Source: Eubacteriales bacterium (lineage in GTDB: Bacteria > Bacillota > Clostridia > Oscillospirales > CAG-272). From it: 64,000 nt of DNA. The translations under genes were made by a program, and so were the position numbers. Below are positions 37,245 to 44,853 of the stretch, in pieces (the stretch's first letter is position 1; the number at the start of each line of letters is the position of its first letter). The notes beneath the pieces were generated by a model that was not told where the DNA came from, searched no databases, and saw only the letters and a program-made list of their open reading frames with translations. Where the stretch lies: NCBI GenBank assembly GCA_045594305.1, contig JAZNYH010000078.1, positions 6,469 through 70,468 on the forward strand. The letters run 5' to 3'.

Positions 37245-39263
37245 ATGAAAAGGATTTTTTTGACTCTTGCAATTTCGTTAATGCTACTCTTAACACTTGC
37301 GATTTCCGTATGTGCCGCTGAGTACACGGTTAGTAGTGATGAGGAGTATACCGTTGCCTATGGGCAAGCAACAAGTGGAGACACCATTGTAATTACAAAA
37401 AAGCTAACCTGCGATATTTACGCAAATAAGAGCGTAACCTACATTTTAAAGGCAGATTGGGAAAGCTCTAAGCTTGTTATTGATCAGTCAAATGTAGAGG
37501 TGTCCTTTATCGCAGATGGTGGTAACTACAAAATTATGCCAACAGGCTATTCTACAACCGCAGGCTGGCTAAATATTGCCGATGCGTATACAGGTGTGGT
37601 TATTAATTTGGGTGGCAAAAATGGTGGCACATTGACCATTGATGGCTCAAATGCAACTCACGACAGAGTTAGCTATGTAACAGCATCTGCCAATATTTGC
37701 TTGAATTTGCTAAGTGGCTCTGCTATTGCTAATTTCAATCCTGTAACCAAGGATGATAGCGAGAATGTATGTATAATTTACGCACAAACGGTTAATATGT
37801 ATGACGGATGTCAAATTTATGCCAATAAGATAATAAGTGCTCCACTTATTAAAACAAGCAATTTTAATTTGTTTGGTGGCGAGATTTTCGGTAATCTACT
37901 TACAAGCACAAGAACAAAGGTAAATGGCGTAGGTGCAATCTATGCATCAAATCAATTTGCAATGTATGGCGGTAAGCTATATGGTAATATCTTTAATGCA
38001 ACAGGTGGACTTGGTGGAGTTATTAATGCAGTAGGCTTTATTTCAACAAGATATGGCTATTATGGTGCAAAGATGGTTGTATTAGATGGTGAGATAGGCG
38101 ATAACTATGTAAGCGGAAATAGCACAAGCGAGATAGGCTCTATGTTTGGTCTTAATACAACCGAAAATGCCACAAGCTATTTCTATTATAATACAGCAGT
38201 AAAGGGAACAAGATATAAATTTACAGATACGCCCGCTCTTTCACTTGATGAGAAAACAGGAAAAACCATATGGCAGGTAAAGGAATACACTCTTTTGTCA
38301 TCGGATTGGTTTGGCTGGTGCTGGAAGCAAACAAAGGTATCAGGCGATAAGGTAGCTATATTCCTTAACGCACAAAAGAAGGCTATTGCAGGAAACAATT
38401 TTGATACATATACAGTGATCAACGCATACATTGATGGCGTTTATTCTTATTCTGGCTCAACTACAATTGCAATGCCAAGTGGCTATACACTTTGGTCAAC
38501 AGATAGCACTAAGTATTGCCATACAGGAAGGGCATACACTCTTGATGAGGTTAAGGCATCACAAGTTATCACGCTTTACTCAGCATATAATGCCGAAAGA
38601 GTAACAATCGACGGAATAACAAGATGCTCGGGCTGTCAAATGCGATATACCTGTAACGATCCTGAGCACGATTTGCAAGCGGTTTCTGTTTCTTATGATG
38701 ACTACACAAAGGATGGCGTAAAGGTGTTAAAATGTAATACCTGTGGCTTGGAAAAGGCAACTGAGGTTTCCGTTCCACCTATCTTCACCTGCCTTGGCTA
38801 TTCAGTAGGACCTGACGGCTATTCACTTAAAGCAGGCTTTAAGATTGATATTGATGCCATAAAGGAATACAAGGAATTTAATCCAGCATTTAGCTTTGGC
38901 GTAGTAGTAGCAAACGCAAATACCGTAGAATCAAAGGAGGCATTCTTTGTAAACGGCTTGATTAATTCAAGCGCAAAGGGCGTTATGATAGGCGTCGAGG
39001 ACCTGAAATACGGAATTTTAAATGTAGATATTGGTGGCTTTAATGCGAGCATTTCCGACTCACTTGAGCTTGTAGTAGGTGTTTATGCAAGCAATGGAGA
39101 TGATGAAATAAGTATGATTCAGTATGAGGATTCAAGCAAGTATGCAACCATAAAGACATATAGCGACAGAAGCCTCAACGCAGTCACCTTTAATCAGGTT
39201 AGGGTAGGACATGGTATGAACGCCCTCGTTCCACAATCAGCCCCCGTCAGCAACGAGGAATAA
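37245..39263 (+). CDS. Secreted protein with beta-helix-like repeats and a C-terminal Cys-knuckle + beta-rich module
   Basis: Signal peptide (LLLTLAISVCAAE). Repeated x(Y/F)GGxI(F/Y)GN turns (LFGGEIFGN, MYGGKLYGN, LDGEIGDN). CSGC..KCNTCG followed by a domain also present in 44854-45963. Confidence 0.5.
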   Translation: MKRIFLTLAISLMLLLTLAISVCAAEYTVSSDEEYTVAYGQATSGDTIVITKKLTCDIYANKSVTYILKADWESSKLVIDQSNVEVSFIADGGNYKIMPTGYSTTAGWLNIADAYTGVVINLGGKNGGTLTIDGSNATHDRVSYVTASANICLNLLSGSAIANFNPVTKDDSENVCIIYAQTVNMYDGCQIYANKIISAPLIKTSNFNLFGGEIFGNLLTSTRTKVNGVGAIYASNQFAMYGGKLYGNIFNATGGLGGVINAVGFISTRYGYYGAKMVVLDGEIGDNYVSGNSTSEIGSMFGLNTTENATSYFYYNTAVKGTRYKFTDTPALSLDEKTGKTIWQVKEYTLLSSDWFGWCWKQTKVSGDKVAIFLNAQKKAIAGNNFDTYTVINAYIDGVYSYSGSTTIAMPSGYTLWSTDSTKYCHTGRAYTLDEVKASQVITLYSAYNAERVTIDGITRCSGCQMRYTCNDPEHDLQAVSVSYDDYTKDGVKVLKCNTCGLEKATEVSVPPIFTCLGYSVGPDGYSLKAGFKIDIDAIKEYKEFNPAFSFGVVVANANTVESKEAFFVNGLINSSAKGVMIGVEDLKYGILNVDIGGFNASISDSLELVVGVYASNGDDEISMIQYEDSSKYATIKTYSDRSLNAVTFNQVRVGHGMNALVPQSAPVSNEE

Positions 39264-39270
39264 TTAATAC

Positions 39271-39299
39271 AAAAGGACACTCAACTGAGTGCCCTTTTC
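39271..39299 (+). terminator. Rho-independent terminator
   Basis: GGACACTC / GAGTGCCC stem + TTTT (39275-39298). Confidence 0.7.
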
Positions 39300-39413
39300 G
39301 TTTTGCTGGTGAGCCAAGGGCAATGTAAATCGAAAAATTTATATGTTGTATATTGAAATGCGTTATTTAAAGTGGTATAATGTAATTGCAAAATCTAATT
39401 TAGGGGAAAAGTG

Positions 39414-40142
39414 ATGAAAAAAGGATTTTTATTGATTTCTTTAATTGTATCTGCTATTCTCGTATTTTCATCTTGTAATACAGCAAAGCAAATAAAAGAA
39501 TATTTAGAACCAATTGAACACAACGAAAATATGGTTTTTGCTGATGACCATTATGTATATTTTCACAATAATAAAATTGAACATGATGTGAAAATGAATG
39601 TAGAACACATTACAAGACAAGATATATATTACTCGACAGTCGAAAAAGAAAATGTTTTAATTACAAAATATGATATCAATGTGAAAGAAACCACGAATGT
39701 TATTTCCTTTGAGGGCGATAAAAACAGCATCGAATTTTACAATGACTGGATTAAATATGATACATCTAACGGAAGTAAATTATTCTCTTTGAAAGAACTT
39801 AGGGAGTATGATTACAATAATGAGCTTATTCAAAAAGAAAACTCTATTTATACATACATTGATGGAAATATAGTAAATAATTCAACTAATGAAAAAAAGA
39901 AAATTGAATTTAATGATTCATCAAAAATTTATAATACAGCGGAAGCTGAACATTTGAAGCAACTCGGCGCATCATTTAACTTGGAATTTGTTAAGATTTA
40001 TAGAGAAAAAATATATGTAGTTGTTGGGAACGATTATTTTATAGATACAGTTTACTTGTATGACTTTGAAACAGAGGAGTTCACATATTTAGATTGGAAC
40101 GAAAACACAAACGGAAGTGTAAACTTGTTTGTGTTAGAATAG
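39414..40142 (+). CDS. Hypothetical lipoprotein, strongly AT-rich gene
   Basis: Signal/lipobox-like LVFSSC. N/K/E/Y-rich sequence with no recognisable domain. Own promoter (TTGAAA-17-TGgTATAAT at about 39352-39381) and own terminator. Confidence 0.55.
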   Translation: MKKGFLLISLIVSAILVFSSCNTAKQIKEYLEPIEHNENMVFADDHYVYFHNNKIEHDVKMNVEHITRQDIYYSTVEKENVLITKYDINVKETTNVISFEGDKNSIEFYNDWIKYDTSNGSKLFSLKELREYDYNNELIQKENSIYTYIDGNIVNNSTNEKKKIEFNDSSKIYNTAEAEHLKQLGASFNLEFVKIYREKIYVVVGNDYFIDTVYLYDFETEEFTYLDWNENTNGSVNLFVLE

Positions 40143-40202
40143 GAGCTTTTTGTTTTTCAATGAAATTATAAGTTTTTAATGGCACTATGATTGTAAATAA
40201 CG

Positions 40203-40245
40203 AAAAAGCAAGGTTGAAAAGTCAACCTTGCTTTGATTTATTTTC
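40203..40245. terminator. Terminator hairpin (usable on both strands)
   Basis: GCAAGGTTGA (40208-40217) / TCAACCTTGC (40222-40231), with A5 upstream and a T-rich run downstream. Confidence 0.75.
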
Positions 40246-40277
40246 GATTGTAATGCAGAAGCTTGTAAGAAATTAGT

Positions 40278-40391
40278 GCCCCGTACTTTTGCAGGGCAAA
40301 AGCAAGCGGGAAGGCTCGCTATGCGAGCATTTGTTGCGAACCCGACTCGCACAGGTGCGAGAATGGGTTCGATGAGCGTACGGAGTCGCCA
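40278..40391 (+). ncRNA. tRNA-Glu-derived tRNA-like structured element (pseudo-tRNA or novel ncRNA)
   Basis: 40363-40391 AATGGGTTCGATGAGCGTACGGAGTCGCCA matches the T-arm/acceptor/CCA end of the adjacent tRNA-Glu (ATGGGTTCGAT and CGTACGG are identical). 5' GCCCCGT compares with GGCCCGT, and CAAGCGG is a D-loop-like match. The sequence folds as a closing stem plus four hairpins. It lies on the strand opposite the real tRNA and is bracketed by terminators. Confidence 0.45.
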
Positions 40392-40401
40392 AAAGAAAAA
40401 C

Positions 40402-40436
40402 AAAAAAAGACACCGAATTGGTGTCTTTCTTGTTTT
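40402..40436. terminator. Bidirectional terminator (ends the tRNA operon on minus; could end the tRNA-like element on plus)
   Basis: AAAGACACC (40406-40414) / GGTGTCTTT (40420-40428), with A7 before and a T-rich run after. Confidence 0.75.
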
Positions 40437-40511
40437 TGGTGACCCGTACGGGAATCGAACCCATGTTTCAACCTTGAGAGGGTCGCGTCTTAGCCGCTTG
40501 ACCAACGGGCC
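40437..40511 (-). tRNA. tRNA-Glu (anticodon CUC), CCA encoded
   Basis: Minus strand GGCCCGTTGGTCAAGCGGCTAAGACGCGACCCTCTCAAGGTTGAAACATGGGTTCGATTCCCGTACGGGTCACCA. Cloverleaf with anticodon loop CUCUCAA. Confidence 0.92.
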
Positions 40512-40514
40512 GAA

Positions 40515-40590
40515 TGGTGGCGAAAATGGGATTTGAACCTATGACCTGCCGGGTATGAACCGGATGCTCTAGCCACTGAGCTATTTCGCC
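40515..40590 (-). tRNA. tRNA-Met, elongator-type (anticodon CAU), CCA encoded
   Basis: Minus strand GGCGAAATAGCTCAGTGGCTAGAGCATCCGGTTCATACCCGGCAGGTCATAGGTTCAAATCCCATTTTCGCCACCA. The anticodon loop UUCAUAC resembles elongator Met rather than initiator or Ile2. One A-C mismatch in the T stem. Confidence 0.85.
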
Positions 40591-40607
40591 ATTCGTAATG
40601 CTTTGCT

Positions 40608-40636
40608 ATTATATCATAACTTTTTATGCTTGTCAA
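40608..40636 (-). promoter_or_regulatory. Consensus sigma-A promoter of the tRNA operon
   Basis: Minus strand TTGACA (40636-40631), 17 nt, TATAAT (40613-40608), about 17 nt before tRNA-Met. A/T-tract UP-like region upstream. Confidence 0.8.
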
Positions 40637-40754
40637 CACATTTTTTGAAAAATTTTTCTTTTTTTGAAAAAAGCTAAAATACTCCCTCAAAAAGCCGTCA
40701 CTATTGACTTTTTCTATTTATATATGATAAAATAAAAGGGCAAGAGGTGATGAA

Positions 40755-41210
40755 ATGAAGGATACAACGCTATGCTATGTCGAGCAAAACGGAAAATATC
40801 TTATGCTATATCGCAACAAAAAGAAAAATGATGTAAATGGTGGAAAATATGTTGGCATAGGCGGACATGTAGAGAAGGGCGAAACCCCTACACAATGCAT
40901 AATCCGTGAGGCGTATGAGGAGGCAGGCTTAACCCTACACACCCCAAGGTATAGAGGTATTGTCACCTTTATATCCAACATTTACGAGGATGAGCATATG
41001 CACCTATTTACCTGTGATGATTTTTCGGGCGAGCTTATTGAGTGTAACGAGGGCGAGCTATCTTGGATAGAAAAATCCAGCCTTGACAAAATCCCTATGT
41101 GGGAGGGCGACTATATTTTCTTGGATATGCTAACAAAGCGAGAGGATTTTTTCAAGCTTCGCCTTGAATATGAGGGCGACACCCTTGTAAAATCAACAAT
41201 AGAGGACTAA
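40755..41210 (+). CDS. NUDIX hydrolase (MutT-like)
   Basis: Nudix box GGHVEKGETPTQCIIREAYEEAGL. Confidence 0.85.
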   Translation: MKDTTLCYVEQNGKYLMLYRNKKKNDVNGGKYVGIGGHVEKGETPTQCIIREAYEEAGLTLHTPRYRGIVTFISNIYEDEHMHLFTCDDFSGELIECNEGELSWIEKSSLDKIPMWEGDYIFLDMLTKREDFFKLRLEYEGDTLVKSTIED

Positions 41211-41307
41211 AACGCAGGCATTTGCTTGCGTTTTTTTCGTTAATGAAATATTACCCACTTGAAAAAGAAGATAATATATGATAGAATATTAAAATAGAGG
41301 TGATGGT

Positions 41308-41754
41308 ATGAAAAAAATACTTGTAAGTGCGTGCCTGCTTGGTGAGCCGTGTCGCTATGACGGGCTATCAAAGCCGGACAATAGAGTGCTTTCTCTTGCT
41401 ACAAGGTATGAGCTAATACCAATTTGCCCCGAACGGGACGGCGGACTGCCAATCCCACGAACCCCTGCCGAGAGAATAGGTGATAGAGTAATTAACAAGG
41501 ACGGTATTGATGTCACCGAATGCTATCAAAGGGGAGCTTCTTACGCACTATCTCTCGCCAAGAAAAACGGCTGTAAAATGGCAATTTTAAAGGCGAAAAG
41601 CCCCTCTTGTGGCAAGGGACTTATCTATGACGGCACCTTCACAAGGACCATAAAGACGGGTAACGGAGTGTGTGCAGAGCTACTAATTAACAATAATATT
41701 TTCGTTCTCACCGAGGACGAGCTTGGAGAAATAGATGAAGATAATAGCAAGTGA
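41308..41754 (+). CDS. DUF523 protein (TudS-type [4Fe-4S] thiouracil/thio-UMP desulfidase family)
   Basis: ILVSACLLGEPCRYDG, ICPE and SPSCG Cys ligand pattern typical of DUF523. Confidence 0.75.
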   Translation: MKKILVSACLLGEPCRYDGLSKPDNRVLSLATRYELIPICPERDGGLPIPRTPAERIGDRVINKDGIDVTECYQRGASYALSLAKKNGCKMAILKAKSPSCGKGLIYDGTFTRTIKTGNGVCAELLINNNIFVLTEDELGEIDEDNSK

Positions 41755-42475
41755 TTTTGATGGAACAATAAGCTATAATGGAATAAGCGAGGCTGATAGT
41801 AAGGCTATTTCAAAATTCCGTAAGGCAGGAAACAAATTTGGAATTGTAACAGGTAGAGACCTTGAAATGACTCTTTGGGTGCTTCATGACCTAAAAAAGT
41901 TCAACACCGAGGTTGACTTTGTAATATGCTGTACAGGAGCAATTATACTCACAGGCGAGGGTGAAATTCTAAAAATAAAGAAGGGCAAGGTCACCGAACG
42001 CTTTCACGACATAATCGCAAAGGCACGCTCCCTTGGCGTAGGCAACTTCAATTTCAATAACGGACTTAAAAAGGTTTATATAGATCCAAGGGCAAAAATT
42101 CCATATGACCTTGATGACCTAAGAGAATTTACTCAGGTAAATGTTTGGTTTGCAAATGAGGAAAGCTCAGAAAAATTCAGCGAGTATATTGTAAAAGAGA
42201 ATAGCGATGTGATTTGTGCGTACAGGAATGGTGGAAGCGTAGATATGCCACCAATTAACACCTCAAAGGTGACCGGCATATACGATTACGCCTCAATTCT
42301 TGGCGAAAGAGATATAGAAATATACACAGTTGGCGACAATTTGAATGATATACCAATGATAAAGGAATTTTGTGGCTTCGCAGTATCAAACGCTCACCCC
42401 AAGGTTAAGGCAGAAGCAAAGCACCAATGCAATCGTATCGCAGATATGATAGAGTTTATAATGGAGGAAAAATAA
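41735..42475 (+). CDS. HAD-superfamily hydrolase, Cof/IIB-like phosphatase
   Basis: Motif I DFDGTI and motif IV GDNLNDIPM. Overlaps the upstream gene by 20 nt. Confidence 0.8.
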   Translation: MKIIASDFDGTISYNGISEADSKAISKFRKAGNKFGIVTGRDLEMTLWVLHDLKKFNTEVDFVICCTGAIILTGEGEILKIKKGKVTERFHDIIAKARSLGVGNFNFNNGLKKVYIDPRAKIPYDLDDLREFTQVNVWFANEESSEKFSEYIVKENSDVICAYRNGGSVDMPPINTSKVTGIYDYASILGERDIEIYTVGDNLNDIPMIKEFCGFAVSNAHPKVKAEAKHQCNRIADMIEFIMEEK

Positions 42476-42476
42476 A

Positions 42477-43070
42477 ATGAACGCAAGAGATAGATTTATA
42501 GAAATCTTTAAAACCAAAATCAAGAGAGATGGAGCAGATAAGCTACTTGAATATATAATCTCCTCTGACTTCTTTACAGCTCCTGCAAGTGCAAAGTATC
42601 ATAGCTCCTACGAGGGAGGACTTCTTGACCACTCCCTTAATGTATATGATTGCCTATGTGCATACCTTGATAGAGATGTAGCAAGGACAAAATACAATCT
42701 CAACTACACTGAGGAAACAATTGCAATAGTTTCGCTCCTTCACGACCTTTGCAAGACTAATGTATACAAGGTAAGCAAGCGTAATGTTAAAAACAAGGAA
42801 ACAGGCAAGTGGGAGGAGGTTGACTACTTCGAATTCGATGATAAGCTCCCCTACGGACACGGAGAGAAGAGCGTTTATATGATAACCCCATTTATGCGTC
42901 TTACCCGTGAGGAGGCATTTGCAATAAGATACCATATGGGCTTTTCGAGTGCGACAACCAATGTTGAAACAAACAATGTAAGCAAGGCGTTTGAGATGTT
43001 CCCACTCGCATTTGCACTCTCAACAGCCGATATGGAGGCTACATATTATCTCGAAGCAGAAAAGAAATAA
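42477..43070 (+). CDS. HD-domain phosphohydrolase (YhaM-type HD module without OB fold)
   Basis: ASAKYHSSYEGGLLDHSLNV, LLHDLCK and YGHGEKS metal-ligand motifs. Starts 2 nt after the HAD stop. Confidence 0.75.
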   Translation: MNARDRFIEIFKTKIKRDGADKLLEYIISSDFFTAPASAKYHSSYEGGLLDHSLNVYDCLCAYLDRDVARTKYNLNYTEETIAIVSLLHDLCKTNVYKVSKRNVKNKETGKWEEVDYFEFDDKLPYGHGEKSVYMITPFMRLTREEAFAIRYHMGFSSATTNVETNNVSKAFEMFPLAFALSTADMEATYYLEAEKK

Positions 43071-43084
43071 TTTTCAAAAAACTA

Positions 43085-43113
43085 TTGACAACAAACAATC
43101 TTGGTAGTATAAT
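43085..43113 (+). promoter_or_regulatory. Consensus sigma-A promoter of the trpB leader
   Basis: TTGACA (43085-43090), 17 nt, TATAAT (43108-43113). Confidence 0.8.
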
Positions 43114-43119
43114 TTACCC

Positions 43120-43376
43120 ATAAGACAAACCGATGAGAAAGAATAGTAGCATAGCAGGCGATGTCAAAGAGAGATGCAGACGGTGAGATTGCATTACAAA
43201 GTGGCTTTGTGAATGGGCTTTCGAGGGCAGGGCTGAACCAAGTAGGTCTTGACGGATATGCACCGTTACAGGCATAGCATATTATAATGTATGTGAAAGA
43301 GATAAGAGAAATCTTAAATTTGGGTGGCACCACGGTTTATTCGTCCCAAGCATCGCAAGATGCTTGGGCTTTTTTA
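43120..43376 (+). promoter_or_regulatory. T-box riboswitch, Trp specifier
   Basis: AGAGAG + GGTGAGA stem I elements, GAAUGGG with UGG at 43214-43216, T-box AAATTTGGGTGGCACCACGG (about 43316-43335), terminator CCCAAGCATC/GATGCTTGGG (43345-43368) + T6. Confidence 0.88.
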
Positions 43377-43489
43377 TCCCTTATTTATCCCTTATCTTTT
43401 GGAAAGGAAAATTATGCTATACAAGCGATGGCGAGAGGGTAATTAGTAATCAACCCTTACACATCTAAACAAAAAAGGAGAAAATAAAA

Positions 43490-44710
43490 ATGAAATTTAA
43501 CGGAATTGATTTTGATACTTATTTTAACAACTATCCTGACAAAAACGGATATTTTGGAAAATACGGTGGAGTTTACATTGATGATAAGCTCAAAAACGCA
43601 ATGGCAGAGATTACCGAGGCTTATTACTCAATCTGCCAATCAAGAAAGTTCATTGCAGAGCTTAGAAGAATAAGAAAGGAATTTCAAGGCAGACCAACCC
43701 CAATAACTCACCTTGAAAGGCTCTCGGACTCTCTCGGTGGCAAGGTTCAGCTTTACGCAAAGCGTGAGGACCTTAACCACTCAGGCGCACACAAGCTCAA
43801 CCACTGTATGGGCGAGGCACTTTTGGCAAAGTATATGGGCAAGAAAAAGGTTATCGCTGAAACAGGAGCTGGTCAGCACGGCGTTGCTCTTGCTACTGCC
43901 GCAGCATACTTTGGACTAAAATGCGATATTTATATGGGCTCTGTTGACATAAAGAAGCAGGCTCCTAATGTAGCAAGAATGAAGATACTCGGTGCTAATG
44001 TTATTGAGGTAACACACGGACTTCAAACCCTTAAAGAGGCAGTTGATGCAGCCTTTGACGCATACAGTAAGGAATATAACGACGCAATTTATTGCATAGG
44101 CTCAGTTCTTGGCCCACACCCATTCCCAATGATGGTTCGTGACTTCCAAAGCGTTGTAGGAATTGAGGCAAGGGAGCAGTTTATCGAAATGACAGGTAAC
44201 CTACCAACCTCTATCGTAGCATGCGTAGGTGGTGGCTCAAACGCAGCAGGACTTTTCGCAGGCTTTCTAAACGATCCTGTTGACATTTACGGCATTGAGC
44301 CTCTTGGTAGAGGACCAAAGCTTGGCGACCACGCTGCAAGCCTTAAATACGGCACAGAGGGCATTATGCACGGCTTTAACAGTATTATGTTGAAGGACGA
44401 AAATGGCGATCCTGCACCTGTATATTCAGTTGCAAGTGGACTTGATTACCCATCATCAGGACCAGAGCACGCATTCCTTCAAGAGATAGGCAGAGTTAAG
44501 TACGATGTAATCGACGATGAGGAAACAATCGATGCCTTCTATAAGCTATCACGCCTTGAAGGTATAATTCCCGCTATCGAAAGCTCACACGCAGTTGCAT
44601 ATGGTATGAAGCTTGCAAAGACAATGGATCACGGCTCCGTTCTTATCAACCTCTCAGGCAGAGGCGATAAGGATATGGACTACATAATCGAAAACTACGG
44701 AATACGCTAA
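43490..44710 (+). CDS. trpB: Tryptophan synthase beta chain (stand-alone)
   Basis: PLP-lysine motif [23 protein letters not shown]. No trpA or other trp genes nearby. Confidence 0.9.
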   Translation: MKFNGIDFDTYFNNYPDKNGYFGKYGGVYIDDKLKNAMAEITEAYYSICQSRKFIAELRRIRKEFQGRPTPITHLERLSDSLGGKVQLYAKREDLNHSGAHKLNHCMGEALLAKYMGKKKVIAETGAGQHGVALATAAAYFGLKCDIYMGSVDIKKQAPNVARMKILGANVIEVTHGLQTLKEAVDAAFDAYSKEYNDAIYCIGSVLGPHPFPMMVRDFQSVVGIEAREQFIEMTGNLPTSIVACVGGGSNAAGLFAGFLNDPVDIYGIEPLGRGPKLGDHAASLKYGTEGIMHGFNSIMLKDENGDPAPVYSVASGLDYPSSGPEHAFLQEIGRVKYDVIDDEETIDAFYKLSRLEGIIPAIESSHAVAYGMKLAKTMDHGSVLINLSGRGDKDMDYIIENYGIR

Positions 44711-44711
44711 A

Positions 44712-44747
44712 AAGCAAAGCAACCAAGACTCACTTGGTTGCTTTTTG
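44712..44747 (+). terminator. Rho-independent terminator
   Basis: GCAACCAAG (44719-44727) / CTTGGTTGC (44733-44741) + T5. Confidence 0.8.
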
Positions 44748-44853
44748 CTTGATTTCTTTTCTTTATTTACATACTTGACAATATAATATAAATATGTTAA
44801 AATGTTAGTAAGGATTTTATGCAATATAGCATTTGCACTAAAAGGAGAAACTT

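Noticed and set aside
40185-40690. ORF-track calls 40185-40505, 40273-40464, 40276-40536 and 40490-40690
   Set aside because: They overlap two well-formed tRNA genes, terminator hairpins and the tRNA-like element. They have no RBS and show Arg/Ser-rich translation of structured RNA sequence.
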